DNA of 64,000 nt from Octopus vulgaris (GCA_951406725.2 OX597838.1:22444001-22508000); one strand, 5' to 3'; shown: positions 30,571 to 45,029, counted from the stretch's first letter. Translations and numbers: made by a program. The notes: generated from the sequence alone by a model not told the origin.

Positions 30571-31340
30571 GTATGTATATATACATATATATATATGTGT
30601 GTGTGTGTGTGTTTGCCTGTAAATATACGTTTGTTGTGGATTAAAGTAAATATTAATAAACTGCGCATGCTTACTCGCTCACACGATCTTGAGTAGATGA
30701 TGTTTAATATTTTTATTTGTATATTTTTAGAAAAAAAAGTATATTTTTCTTTAGTCTCCTTTTCAGTGAAACATAAGTATACGGCCATCTTTAAAATATT
30801 AGACAGGTCCGGTTTAAGTGATCACGTGATTAAACATTCATTGTTTGTTGATGTTTTTTTTTTTTTTAATTATACTTTATAGTCATAAGTTGTACATGAG
30901 AAATATAGATATAACACTTGGTACTTTTCATTCGCAGATCAAGCGAAACTGGGTTCTAGAGAATAACAACAGCAACAGCAACAACAATGGGACGGAGGGG
31001 GGATGAACTTTGAAGCACATGTAACGCTGAGGAATGTATGACTGTCCACGACTACATGTAATGGGGATATTTTTCTCACCGGTAAGAACGGGCGGCCAAT
31101 GAACAGGTGTGAAATACGGTTCTTGGTCGACGGATTAAGTTACCTTGGTTAATCACGTGGTTAACTGCGACTGAAATGAACTCGACGTCTGTTTCAATGT
31201 GGTTTTGATTATTGATTCGTCATGTCAAGCTAGTAGCCGTAAGAGAGGGCTTGATAAAGTAAAATTCATATCATTTATTGAAAATAATTTTTTTGAATTG
31301 ATGAGAGCTTCTTCAGTAATGTGTGTGTGTCTGTGTGTGT

Positions 31341-31384
<44 letters not shown>

Positions 31385-31542
31385 CTATCCAACGAAACTA
31401 GTTTTGCTGAACAAAGCGCAGGTCTGTAAAGTTAAAGAGGGCTGATATTGCGTTAAACTCCAGGGAGTGTTTCAAGTTTCAGGATGTAACATAACACGTG
31501 CTTTCCTCGGACTTTCTTTCCTTTCTTTTTGGACTTTTTCCT

Positions 31543-31577
31543 CTTTCTGACAAAGAGCAATGCTCGAAATGTCACAA
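31543..31577 (+). ncRNA. Minimal hammerhead with CpG-type decay
   Basis: cttt CTGACaA a-gagc-aat-gctc GAAA tg TC acaa; both core-region deviations (CG>CA, CG>TG) fit CpG deamination. Confidence 0.5.
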
Positions 31578-31685
31578 CCCCTTCTGTTTTTCCATCTTAA
31601 ACTTTCTCTGAGCATCCAATCTAATACATTGACTGTGTACGTCGTTTTGATTTTTTTTTCTGATTATGTTTTTAATTTTGATTTG

Positions 31686-31721
<36 letters not shown>

Positions 31722-31832
31722 AACATTATAATCGATTTTAATAATAGAGTTTATTATAAGTAAATTTTATTTAGATTATATAGATATTTATATCGTAAAA
31801 ATATTGATTATATTTTATATTTTAGGTTTTGA

Positions 31833-31884
31833 AACCACCTGAAGAATGTCTAAGATGTGCTGACACGAAACGATTGTAGTGGTT
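31833..31884 (+). ncRNA. Type I hammerhead ribozyme, canonical core
   Basis: aaccac CTGAAGA a-tgtc-taagatgtgct-gaca-c GAAA cgattg TA gtggtt: 6-bp stem I, intact core, predicted cleavage after A31878. Confidence 0.85.
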
Positions 31885-33005
31885 ATTCATATGTTAAATT
31901 TTAATTTATATAAATTATTTTATGTATTGGATTAAGTCTTTCTTTGTTTGATTTGCATAATAGTGGTTTTGTCTCTAATTTGATATAATATATATACATA
32001 TATATAGTAGAAAACACTACCCCAAGATGCCACGCAGTGGGACTGAACACGGAACCATATGGTTAGGAAGCAAGCTTCTTATCACACAGCCACACCTGCG
32101 TCTATGTTATAAAATTTTCTTCAAAATATTTTTCTAAACCTGAATCAATATCATTTTGTGCTAAAAAAAAAAACAGTTTGAAGGTGGTATTTAGGTAAGT
32201 TAGGGGAGATAATTAGGAGGGAGGAGTCTAACGACGAAACCTATTTTCCCAATGTGTTTTATTCGTTTATCACTGATTCATTTACCACGGTTTTAATCTT
32301 TTTACTTTGAACTAAGACCCGTGATAAATTAGGATAGGTGTATTTAAAATGTATAGAGTGCTTCAATGAACTGTGGTCTTTCTGATCGATTGTGCGTCTC
32401 CCTTTGTGCATGTATGTGAGCGAATGTCTGCACGCTCTCGCCTTCGTACTTGAGTGCATGCGCCAATGTACGTATGTGCGTGCGTTCGCGCGAATGTGCG
32501 TATGTGTGAGCGCGCAAATGTGCGTATGTTCATTATTGTACAATCTAGTTTTTTATGGACGTGTGGGATTTGGGGTTTTTTTTAATATAATTTTACATAA
32601 CTTCATGAAAGAAAGAACAAAAAGAAGCAGCAGAACTTCTGAATATTGTAGCCATCTCTTCCCACTTTCATATTCGAAGTCCATCATTGCAGAAGAAGGA
32701 GTGATTTTCAAGGAGTTTCAGGGTACGATTTACAGTTCGGGTGAGAAAGGATTGTAACGATGTATTTTGAAATAAGATCTCCCAGCAGAACCAAATGAAA
32801 CACACCAGGGATAGCAAATTAATCCAAGAGAGCCGCTATTATTTGTGTATGTATACGTGTATGTTCTTCTGTGTGTGTTTTTGTACAAACCTGTAACTGT
32901 CTATATGCATGATAGTGTCTACTAGTACAGAAGTGCCCACATGCATGAGTTTGTAGGTGAGTTTTCGGATGTATCTCACTTTGCGATTTTGTGTGCGTGT
33001 GTGTG

Positions 33006-33370
33006 TGGAGGCGCAATGGCCCAGTGGTTAGGGCACAGAGGAATCGCTTTCATAGGATCGCAGTTCCGATTCCGAGATCCGAGCGAAAACACCTAAAGCT
33101 CCACGAGGTCCGACAGGGAGTGGGTGGCGAACCCTGCTGTATTCTTTCACCACAATTTTTCTCTCACTCTTTCTTCCTGTTTCTGTTGAACCTGTATTTC
33201 AAAGGGGCCAGCCTTGTCACATTCTGTGTCACGCTGAATCTCCTCGAGAATTACGTTAAGGGTACACGTGTCTGTGGAGTGGTCAGCCACTTGCACGTCA
33301 ATTTCACGAGCAGACTGTTCCGTTGATCGGTTCAACTGGAACCCTCGTCGGCGTAACCGACGGAGTGCCA
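33006..33370 (+). mobile_element. SINE family A
   Basis: Colinear with 2214-2590. Confidence 0.85.
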
Positions 33371-33372
33371 CG

Positions 33373-33408
<36 letters not shown>

Positions 33409-33703
33409 ACACACATAGATATAAAACAGAACAACGAGAATAAACAAACGAAAATAAAATATATACATATATATATAAAAAAAAAGGCAAGGCAACACAA
33501 AAAAAAAACCAAATAAATAAACAACCAAAGTCAAATTTACCATAAAAATATATCTCTATATATATTGCAAAAAAGGCAGAAATGAAGATAAACATGGCAA
33601 TTGTACATACATATAAATACAAATATACATATATTTCAGAGTATTTCTTGATGTATTTGCTTGTAAGTGGGCTTCCGTTACTACATATGCATAAATACAT
33701 ACA

Positions 33704-33831
<128 letters not shown>

Positions 33832-33925
33832 CATATACATATATATAATATATATATACATATATGTACATATACATATATATATACACATATATATGTA
33901 TACATATATACATATATATTCATAA

Positions 33926-33968
<43 letters not shown>

Positions 33969-34161
33969 CATATATATATATGCATATACATATTATATGT
34001 ATAATTACACATGTATATGCAATATATATACATATATATACATATATATATTATATATATGCATATGTATATGCGTATATATGTATATATATATGCATTT
34101 ATATATACATATGTATTTATATACACACACATATATATGCATGTATATATGTACTTATGGT

Positions 34162-34202
<41 letters not shown>

Positions 34203-34854
34203 ATGTATGTATGTATGTATATGTAGATGTATTAATAGGGAAGGAAGAAGATGAGGTTGTGACGAAAACACAGTTGTTGAAAAGAAACTTTTCGTGTTAC
34301 GTTTTACAATAACAACAAAAACATAATTATAAAACACACACAAAAAAAAAAGAAAAACCAAAAATAAACAAAGAAAACAACAACAACAGCAACAACAACA
34401 ACTAATGAAAGATGAAAATACTGTCGTTTTTTGTTTGTTTGTTTTTTTGCTCTCAAAATTGATAAACATTTTGATTACGTGACATGATCATTAATCTCTC
34501 GTGTGGCAGTCACGTGGTATCGGATATAGTTGGAGCTGATTTGTATATGAAGGGTTGGGGAATGGGGGGTAGATATTAGTGATAGGAAAAAAAAACCCAC
34601 GTGTACTACTGGTATTTATTAGAATCGCTTTTTTTGCAATGCTTCAGCCCTGTATCCACCAGAAAGTGGAAAAAAATAAATAAAAGGCCCAACTCTACAA
34701 TTCCCCAGTAGGATTCGAACTTGACACGTAGAGGTAAGGAGTTAAAATACTGAACGGTCCCTGAACAATTTTGTACGCAGCTTTAGCTGCTATTACTGTT
34801 GATCTTCGAAATGTTGCTGATGTTGTGTAATTATACATGCATATATATATATAC

Positions 34855-34937
<83 letters not shown>

Positions 34938-35483
34938 GTATATATATATATATATTATACATGCATACATATATATATGTATGTATGTATATATATATTT
35001 GTGTGTGTATGTGTGTGTGTATGTATGTATGTATATTACATATATACACATATATACATACATACATACATAAGTATATATATATGAGTGTGTGTATCAT
35101 GTGATCACCCAGAAGATCGGATGTTGTTATACATCGCTGGTCACAGTGCACTTTGCAACCTTTTAGGGTGACCCATTGACAGCTGAGCGGACTGAAGCGA
35201 GATGAAACGAAAGTGCTTTGCGCACCGCCGTACAGAAATCGAACCCACGCACCTTCACAGGCACACACACACATCCACCCACCCATCCATCCATTCATAC
35301 ATATACTGTCAGTAAAGCATAGATCCGAAAGAGAACAACACTATAAGTCATAGAGCAGTAGACGGGTCATTGGATTCAGATGAGACTATGTAAAGCTAAG
35401 CGCTCTATGGACGTGAAACGCTGGGTGACCTTATGAACTGGTCATAACTAACATTCTCTCATATATATATATATATATATATA

Positions 35484-35875
35484 CTCTTTTACTTGTTTCA
35501 GTCATTTTACTGCGGCCATGCTGGAGCACCGCCATTAGCCGAGCAACTCGACCACGGGACTTATTCTTTGTAAGCCCAGTACTTATTCTATCGGTCTCTT
35601 TTACCGAACCGCTAAGTGACGGGGACATAAACACACCAGCATCGGTTGTCAAGCAATGCCAAGGGGGACAAACACAGACACGCATATATATATATATATA
35701 TATACATATATACGACGGGCTTCTTTCAGTTTCCGTCTACCAAATCCACTCACAAGGCTTTGGTCGGCCCGGGGCTATAGCAGAAGACACTTGCCCAAGA
35801 TGCCACGCAATGGGACTGAACCCGGAGCCATGTGGTTGGTAAAGAAGCTACTTACCACACAGCCACTCCTGCGCC
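35484..35875 (-). mobile_element. SINE family C
   Basis: Colinear with other copies. Confidence 0.88.
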
Positions 35876-36110
35876 TATAATTATGAGCATAATTATAATT
35901 AGGGTTCAGCAAAAATTGCTTCACCACATACCGAAATTTAGAAATAGCAGTTGCATACTATTCCACTACTATAAGATATCTCCCAGACAGCAATACTCCC
36001 AACTCACGCACTATGGTAGTGGAATAGTATTTAACTGCTATTTCTAAATTTCGGTATATGGTGAAGCAATTTTTGCTGAACACTAATTATAATTATGCTT
36101 ATAATTATAG
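35875..36110. repeat. Long inverted repeat (~99-bp arms, ~38-nt spacer)
   Basis: ctataattatgagcataatt... / ...aattatgcttataattatag, with about 6 mismatches. Confidence 0.92.
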
Positions 36111-36206
36111 AAATTTTGTATAAGGTTTACCGATAATGGTTCTTTTAATATACGGAACTACTTGGTAAAATTATTAATTACTAATTGATTAATTAATTTT
36201 ACCCTT

Positions 36207-36308
<102 letters not shown>

Positions 36309-36599
36309 CTGGTAACGTTGGGGAAGACACAGGACGGACGGACGAAATGTTCAAATGAAGTTAGCTGGACAGAAGGATGCGTGAGTGCGCATGCGTGCAT
36401 ACGCGTGTGCGTCAATGGCGACTTGATTAAAACTGAGCAACAGGATATTAAGAGATGAAGCTTAAATATTTGAAGGAGTAAAGATGTAATAATGTCCGAT
36501 TGGCTGAGCGCAAAGTGGAATCACTAGGAACTTCTCCATTTTTTTTTTAAGAGGAGTCCGTTGAATTACGCCACTCTGGCAGCACTCGGCAAGAATAAG

Positions 36600-37070
36600 C
36601 AACGACGACGACGACGACGAAGACAACGATGACGTTTGCGAAGATGATGATGATGATGATGAGGAGGAGGAGGAGGAGGAGGAGGAGGATGAAGACAACG
36701 ACGACAAGGATGATAACGATGATGACGAAGATAATGACGAAGATGATGACGACGATGATGATGAGGATGAGGAGGATGACGACGATGATGAGGACGATGG
36801 GGAGGCAGATGAAGAGGAAGAGGAGGAGGAAGAGGAAGAGGAGGAGGATGACGACGACGATGATGATGATGATGATGATGACGACGACGATGATGACGAT
36901 GAGGAGGAAAAGGAGAATGATGATGATGATGATGTTGATGATGAGGAGGAAGATGACGACGACAACAACGACGACAAAGATGATAACGAAGATGATGACG
37001 AAGATGATGATGATAATGATGATGATGAGGAGGAGGAGGATTATGATGATGATGATGATGGTGGTGATCA
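36600..37070. repeat. Compound GAT/GAC/GAG trinucleotide repeat
   Basis: Low-complexity sequence seen directly. Confidence 0.85.
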
Positions 37071-37633
37071 TGATCCATCGATAGCTTTTCCCTGGCTGTA
37101 TCTCAAGCCCTAAGAATGGCAAAGGAAAAATAAACAAAAAACCAGCAAACAATATTCCGTAGTGTGTGTGTGGGTAATTTTTACAACAACACATAAAATC
37201 CAATTCATTGAAGAATTAGTTAAATGTGGGGTTTTTTGGGGGGAGGGGTCAGTCCGTCGTAGTTGTTGATACAGTAATGCACCTGAAGAGTGAATTCATT
37301 ACTTTTCCCGAGCACATTCAGTGTGCGCCATCGACGTGAAACCTAAGGAACCGTACTGCATCTTTAGTACTGCATAAAATCAACATACATACATACATAC
37401 ATACATACATACATACATACATACATACATACATACATACATACGTACGTATAGGCCCGCTTCGTGCCGTCGGTTTCTGCTTCTAGCCAAACTCGATGTT
37501 TCAAAAATGGATGCAAGCGGCCCAAGAGAACATTGGTTAACAGAAGTTCGGAATGTTTGTTCAACCAGATATACGTGGTTGCATTGCACTTTAGTACCTA
37601 TCTAATAGATAGTTGGGAAAAGAAATAGACAGG

Positions 37634-37728
<95 letters not shown>

Positions 37729-38095
37729 TGAGAAAGACCGAAAGACAAACAGACAGACAGAAAGAGAGGTCGGAAATAATTCCTGTTGTTGCGTATATAT
37801 GTAGAAATATGTGCGTCTCTGCAAGCATTGTATGTGCGTTAGAGCAGGAGGAAGATTGTTCAGAATCTTTTTATAAGCCTTATAATGCCTGCTATCGCCT
37901 CTAGCCAACCCACCTCTGTGTCTACTGACCACTGTCCACTATCCCAAATAACGCTGACATCTTTCGGTAGCCGTATTCGTCCGGTTTCGATTCGTTTTCG
38001 CTGAAATGAATTATGCCTAGAAACATATAACTACATACACACACGTATACATACATACATACATACATATATACATATCTATGTAAGTATATATG

Positions 38096-38132
<37 letters not shown>

Positions 38133-38495
38133 TCACATACATATATATATGTAGTATAGAGTATATACTAAAGTGTTTTCGTTTCAACATTCTCATTCGT
38201 ATACAAGAATATTCTTGTTTACATGTTGGTTTTATACATACATGTACATAATTTTATGTGGGTGTGCGCGTGTATTGTGCGTGTAGGTGCATATTCATAT
38301 ATATATATATATTCATATATATGTATATGCAGGTATGTATACATAAATATATACATATATATATGATATATATATATATATATATATGCATTTATGCATG
38401 TATACATATATATAATTATAAATATAAAGCATACTCAAAAATCAATATGTGCGCATGTGTCATGTAAATGTGTGTGTTTATATGTATGAATGTAT

Positions 38496-38538
<43 letters not shown>

Positions 38539-38586
38539 CATATATACATATCCATATGTATATATATATATATGTGTATATATATT

Positions 38587-38647
<61 letters not shown>

Positions 38648-38673
38648 GTATATGTATATATATATATACACAC

Positions 38674-38704
<31 letters not shown>

Positions 38705-38909
38705 TGCATATATACATATACATGTGTATTGAAACGTGGAGGAATGCTGAGTATTTAGAACATGGCTTGTTAGTAAAACAAATCTCATAAGGCTGTAGGC
38801 TCTTATGATGTTGTACTCCTTTCGTACTGTATAATATAAACATTGTCTCTGCAGCACTGTACTGTACAATAATCGTAATGTAGTTTACAGTACATTAAAG
38901 TACTGTATA

Positions 38910-38984
<75 letters not shown>

Positions 38985-39106
38985 TTGTTATATGTCCATG
39001 CCAACTGTGGAAGAAGAAGAAGAAATAGAAGAAAATATATATAGCCATATATACATATAAATAAATAATAAATATAAGGTCCAATAACAAATAGAAATTG
39101 TCTTTC

Positions 39107-40561
39107 TCATAATGCTGAATTTGGGTTGTTTGTTGTCTCTGTTGATGATAATGTTGTTTCTGTGAGCTGAGCTAATTGCGGTTGGCACAGCTCAGAAATA
39201 TTTGGTGGCGGAGCGTCCTTCTGACCGGTATCAGGGCCTCGTTTCGGAAGCGCCGCACCGGTTTCAGCTCCGTTTGAATTGCCTCTCGTAAGCGCGGGAT
39301 GACTTCGTCTCGGATGTAAGATGGACACGAGTTCTTGTCGGGCGACTTTGCTACGGAAAACGTATACGAGCGGGTTGAAAGCGCAGCTAGACAGCGCCAA
39401 GAATATCGCAGCACCTTGCAAGAAAGGGTGAATGTCCTCGGACTTGAGCAACACTGAAGATTCCAGTACTATGATGACGAAATATGGAAGCCAACACACG
39501 ACGAACGTTGAAACGACCAACATGCTCGTAATGGCTGCCTTCCACTCATCACGGTGCCAGAGTAACGAACTAGTCCGGCTCGATGTGCTCAGTTTGCGGC
39601 TGAGAATTATTGGCGCCGTGCTGCTTCGCCGCCTACTACACCTTAACGGAGTCTGTGACTGTTCTTCTCCGTTCGTAGGTATGACGCTGTTGCGTCGCGC
39701 TCGTTCACTATTGTCCTTTGCCGCACGAAAGATAACCACGTACACCCATAGCATGACCATGAGGGGCGTTACAAAACATATCAGCGACAAAAACAGCGTG
39801 TAAGTCCGATCTGAGTAATGGGGGCTGCGCCAGAGAACTGTGCAGGAGTATTTTTCAGGTTGGTACTCGAAATGGTTCCAGCCGACCAAGGGAGGTAACG
39901 AGGCCACTATGGCCAATAACCACACACCGATAATCATCATTGTGGCTCGTTGCGTTGTGATCCTCATGTTGTAATGAAGGGGGCTAATGACGGCGCAATA
40001 GCGATCGATGGAAATGACGACCAGCGTTAGGGTGCTGGCGGCGAAGATAAGGTTCATGAGAAAGCCGGTCGACTGGCACCAAATACCTTTGAAGACCCAT
40101 TCTTGGGTGATGGTCGTGACGAAGACAAACGGCATGACGAACATCGTGTTCAGTATGTTGCAGCAGGTCAGGTTGAGAATGAACCGGTTGGAAATGGTCA
40201 GTAGAGACGGCCGCTTGTAGAATACCAGACAGACGAAGAGGTTTCCAGCTAGACTAGCAACGAAAATACAGAACACGGCGAAAGCTGTGAAACCGATTCG
40301 CAAAGGCATCAGAGACGGATCGTCGTGCCAAAACTGGTCACCACTAAAGCTGTCACCGTTCAGGAAAAGGTTGCTGTGGCTGTTGTTGCTGTTGCTGCTG
40401 TTGCTGCTGTTGTGGCTGTCGTTGCTACTGTTAACATGACTGCTGCTGATGCTATTGTTTCCACTGTTAATGTTGGCTGTGGCACTGCTGGAGCTTCCAT
40501 TAAAACCTAAAATCAAGTTCCTTAATGAAACATCACTCGTAAGGTTATGATTTAAAAACAT
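39107..40561 (-). CDS. GPR161: Class A (rhodopsin-like) orphan GPCR, GPR161-like, 484 aa, single coding exon
   Basis: Seven hydrophobic segments; GN in TM1, IDRY at end of TM3, LPPLVGW in TM4, CWLPY in TM6, NPLVY in TM7. LLTISNRF and EWVFKGIWC resemble vertebrate GPR161 (LLTLSNKF, EWIFGVVWC) as recalled. N-terminus is rich in N-x-S/T sequons. GPR101 is the alternative relative. Confidence 0.9.
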   Translation of the reverse strand: MFLNHNLTSDVSLRNLILGFNGSSSSATANINSGNNSISSSHVNSSNDSHNSSNSSNSNNSHSNLFLNGDSFSGDQFWHDDPSLMPLRIGFTAFAVFCIFVASLAGNLFVCLVFYKRPSLLTISNRFILNLTCCNILNTMFVMPFVFVTTITQEWVFKGIWCQSTGFLMNLIFAASTLTLVVISIDRYCAVISPLHYNMRITTQRATMMIIGVWLLAIVASLPPLVGWNHFEYQPEKYSCTVLWRSPHYSDRTYTLFLSLICFVTPLMVMLWVYVVIFRAAKDNSERARRNSVIPTNGEEQSQTPLRCSRRRSSTAPIILSRKLSTSSRTSSLLWHRDEWKAAITSMLVVSTFVVCWLPYFVIIVLESSVLLKSEDIHPFLQGAAIFLALSSCAFNPLVYVFRSKVARQELVSILHPRRSHPALTRGNSNGAETGAALPKRGPDTGQKDAPPPNISELCQPQLAQLTETTLSSTETTNNPNSAL

Positions 40562-41099
40562 GGCGCAATGGCGACTTTAACATATAATTGTTCTGTGTTT
40601 ACTAGTTTGTTTAAAGTAGTTTTCCTGTTTCTTTTTTATGTTCGGACATATATGTACATATATATATATTTATAAATTTGAACGATATATCAATATATAT
40701 ACACACACACTCACATAAATATATATATATATATATATATATAAATATACTATTTTCTCAAATATTTTACGTATCTTATAAATTCCATGAGTTGTCGTTT
40801 ATATGCATATATAACATGGATTTTATTGTCAGTTAAAAAAAAAATAGTTTAACACTGAAAGTCATTCAAAGAAGCCATTCCATTTTTGAAATGAGATTCC
40901 TAACGTCAAGACCCAGTAGACATTGCTACGGGATTTAAGCACCGGTACAACCATTTTAACCGTTTTAACAAGTATAAGTTCCTTTGTAAGCTTCGGGAAG
41001 GCTCCATGTTAGGCCGTCATTAGACCAGTTGGGTTTGCTGCACCATAAGAGTTTCCGACCGTTAGCGAGTTTCCAGCGTGTTCGGATAGCAGGCGATAT

Positions 41100-41122
41100 C
41101 TGTGAAGAAAAGAAAGAAAAAT
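41100..41122 (-). promoter_or_regulatory. Splice acceptor of a 5'UTR intron of the GPCR gene
   Basis: Minus strand reads tttttctttcttttcttcacag|atatcgcc. Unique sequence runs from here to the ATG, while SINE/microsatellite DNA lies on the other side. Confidence 0.6.
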
Positions 41123-41147
41123 GTTAATATATAATTAATGACAAATA

Positions 41148-41355
41148 TCGCTTTCAAATTTTGGCACAAGGCCAGCAATTTCGGGGAAGGGGTAAGTCGA
41201 TTATATCGACCCCAGTACCCAACTGGTACTTATTTTATCGATCCGGTAAAGATAAGTGGCAAAGTCGACCTCGGCGGCATTTGAACTCAAAACGTAAAAT
41301 CTGAAGAAATGTTACTAAGAATTTTTTCCGGTAGGTTAACGATTCTGCCAGCTCA
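41148..41355 (-). mobile_element. SINE family D
   Basis: ggcaaagtcgacctcggcgg; further copies at about 745, 3958, 5268 and 47990. Confidence 0.75.
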
Positions 41356-41439
41356 CATTCTCCAATCAATAGTTCATACTGGATTATAAGAAATGCACAT
41401 ATGCACACGTGTATATAAGTGTGTATGTGTTTGTTTTGT

Positions 41440-41930
41440 GGAGGCGCAATGGCCCGGTGGTTAGGGCAGCGGACTCGCGGTCGTGGGATCGCGGTTTCGA
41501 TTTACAGACCGGGCGTTCTGAGCGTTTATTGATCGAAAACACCTAAAGCTCCCCGTATATATGCGTGGGGGTGGTGGAGGCGCAAGGGTCCAGTGGTTAG
41601 GGCAGCGGACTCGCGGTCGTGGGATCGCGGTTTCGATTCACAGACCGGGCGTTGAAAGCGTTTATTGAGCGAAAACACCTAAAGCTCCACGTATATGTGT
41701 GTGTGCGCGTGTATATGTGTATGTGTGTGGAGGCACAATGTCCCAGTGGTTAGGGCAGCGGACTCACGGTCATAGGATCGCAGATTCGATTCCCAGATCC
41801 GAGGGAAAACACTTAAAGGTGCATGAAGGTCCAGCAGGGGTCGGTGGCGAACCTTGCTGTACACTTTCACCACAACTTTCTCTCACTCTTTCTTCCTGTT
41901 TCTGTTGTACCTGTATTTCAAAGGGCCAGT
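41440..41930 (+). mobile_element. SINE family A, three tandem 5' heads
   Basis: Heads start at about 41440, 41576 and 41728; only the last continues into the body. Confidence 0.85.
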
Positions 41931-41954
41931 CTTTATTATTTATAATAATAATAA

Positions 41955-42004
<50 letters not shown>

Positions 42005-42033
42005 GTGGTGGTGGTGGTGGTGGTGGTGGCGTC

Positions 42034-42137
<104 letters not shown>

Positions 42138-43092
42138 AAGAAGAAGAAGAAGAACAACAACAACAACAACAACAACAACAAGAATGAATGATTGAATGGA
42201 TGAATGAATGAATAAGTGAATGAATGAATTAGAACCAACGCCTGTGTTTATATTGACATAATGACCCTTCCAAAACATAATTTCACATCAAGAATCTTGC
42301 AAAACAAAGACAAAAACAAAAGATATATAAATACACATGGGCGGACAGACGAACGGACGATCGAATGGACGGACGGACGGATGGACGGACGGATTTGATG
42401 GATGGGCGGATGGAAGGATGGATGGATGGATGGATGGATGTCAATGCTCTAGTAAGACTACTTTCCAGACACTGACGGCACTTCTTAAAGAGCAACAAAT
42501 AACAGAAGGCGCAGCAGCAGCACCAGCGACCATAAAAATTGCAACTATGGCTGCCTGATCTTCACGTAGCGAGCGCACTCAAGCGTGAACGAGCAAACCA
42601 TAGAAGTGGTCCGTATTTCATTGTCACGGACGCGCTTCATTAGTCAACCGCCGCAACCACAAGAATAATGGAAATCTCTGCTAACTGTCAATGACCGGTT
42701 GCAAAACACTCACACACACATAAGTACGTACATACATTTATATATACATACATAAAGACGCCACATATAAACATACACATAGATACGAACGCACATACAT
42801 ACATGCATACACACACATAGATACGTACGTACATACATAAGTACGCACATACACACATACATACATACATACATACTTACATACACACACGCATGCTTAC
42901 ACACATAAGTACGTACATACATTTATATATATATACATACATAAACACGCCACATATAAACATACACATGCATACATACACACACATACACATCCATACA
43001 GTCATACATACTTCAGCTTTGCGTCATTGTAATCACTTAAGATTAAATCAGCACTTTTAAAAGCAAACATATGTACTTGTATGCCTCATATA

Positions 43093-43187
<95 letters not shown>

Positions 43188-43192
43188 CCATA

Positions 43193-43769
43193 CAAGGGAG
43201 TGCTGGTGAGTTCCTGGGTTTGAGTAAAACAAGATACAGGAGGATCAGTTAATTATAAAATTCAACATATCCTTCTCTCAGATACACGCCCTTGTTTGCA
43301 GCGGTCCTTCAGTTTTTCTAAGCCCTGTAAAAGAACGCAATGGCCCAGTGGTTAGGGGAGCGGACTCGCGGTCATAGGATCGCGGTTTCGATTCCCAGAC
43401 CGGGCATTGTGAGTGTTTATTGAGCGAAAACACCTAAAAGCTCCACGAGGCTCCGGCAAGGGGTGGTGACGATCCCTGATGTACTCTTTCACCACAACTT
43501 TCTCTCACTCTTACTTCCTGTTTCTGTTGTACCTGTATTTCAAGAGTCCGGCCTTGTCACTCTCTGTGTCACGCTGAATATCCCCGAGAACTACGTTACG
43601 GGTGCACGTGTCAGTGGAGTGCTCAGCCACTTACACGTTAATTTCACGAGCAGACTGTTCCGTTGATTCGGATCAACCGGAACCCTCATCGTCGTAACCG
43701 ACGGAGTGCTTCCACAAAAGAACTCCGAAGGTTGTGCCTCCAGCCAGGAGCTTTTCAGCACCCGCCTCG
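43193..43769. mobile_element. Mariner-type MITE interrupted by a SINE
   Basis: Imperfect TIRs (caagggagtgctggtgagttcctgg / ccaggagcttttcagcacccgcctcg) flanked by TA; internal sequence matches the inverted copy at 55725-55931. Confidence 0.7.
43337..43715 (+). mobile_element. SINE family A with 8-bp TSD
   Basis: AAAAGAAC at 43329-43336 and 43716-43723. Confidence 0.9.
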
Positions 43770-44053
43770 TATATGATTGTGTGTGTGTGTGTGCGTGTTG
43801 GGAGAGTGCGTGTAAATATATATATATATATATATATATATAGGTTTTGAGAGGTAGGCCAAAATGTGTCGGGTAATGCTGAATAAGTGCTGTAGATAGA
43901 CCATATTTAAGTTCCAAGTTCGGTGATTCTGCGAATATGGGGTTCAAACGTTGGTCATATGTCAGCGTGTATACATAAAATTGTTTTTTAGTAATAAGAT
44001 AAAAAAAAAACATCTACACAGCTTTGTTTTTTTATCTCACTACGAAAAATATG

Positions 44054-44095
<42 letters not shown>

Positions 44096-44631
44096 AATAA
44101 ATACATATACATACAAGTATTGTTTATATCTGTTTGTATGTATGTATATATGTATGTGTGTAAGTATGAATGTATAAACATTTTTTAATGTATTTATTGA
44201 TAATGATAATGATTAGAACTGTGGCAATGATCGATTATCGGTTACAACTGCGCAAGATTTCGAGGTCAAAGTTAAATTATCGTTCAAAGAGAGATTAACA
44301 CTATTGACCTTTCTCTGAAAAAAACACAAAAACAAGAAAAAACAAATCTATTGCGTACAATCCGCCTATCAGGATATAACGTCGCTATTCAGATGCAGCG
44401 GATAGCTATTAAACACTTGGTCAATACACGCGATTAAGCTGTTTCTTAATCTTTAAGTTTGGACAACACAAAATGGCGAATGTGCGCGTACCGTTATGGA
44501 CAGATATTACTTGCAGGAGCAACAGCAGCTTTCCTTCCTCGCCACTACCACGAAACTATTTCTATAAGGTGTGTGTGTGTGTGCGTGTGTGTGTGTGTAT
44601 ACATACATATATACTCTTTTTCTTTTACTTG

Positions 44632-45026
44632 TTTCAGTCATGTGACTGTGGCCATGCTGGAGCACCGCCTTTAGTCGAGGAAATCGACCCCAGGACTTAT
44701 TCTTTGTAGGCCTAGTACTTATTCTATCGGTCTGTTTTTGCCGAACCGCTAAGTTACGGGGACGTAAACACACCAGCATCGGTTGTCAAGCGATGCTGGG
44801 GCGGGGGACAACCACAGACACAAACATATACACACATATACATACATATATATATACATATATACGACGGGCTTCTTTCAGTTTCCATCTACCAAATCCA
44901 CTCACAAGGCTTTGGTCGGGCCGAGGCTATAGTAGAAGACACTTGCCCAAGGTGCCACGCAGTGGGACTGAACCCGGAACCATGTGGTTGGTAAGCAAGA
45001 TACTTACCACACAGCCACTCCTACGC

Positions 45027-45029
<3 letters not shown>
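44632..45029 (-). mobile_element. SINE family C
   Basis: Colinear with other copies. Confidence 0.88.

Noticed and set aside
36601-37070. Possible Asp/Glu-rich acidic protein exon
   Set aside because: No start codon or convincing splice context; similar GAT-type repeats occur at 4650 and 50900-51790.
37286-37362. Hammerhead candidate CTGAAGA...GAAAcc
   Set aside because: Stems II and III and the UH junction could not be paired convincingly; a similar weak candidate at 35320-35440 was also dropped.
39432-40510. Antisense ORFs over the GPCR
   Set aside because: Shadow frames of the real CDS.
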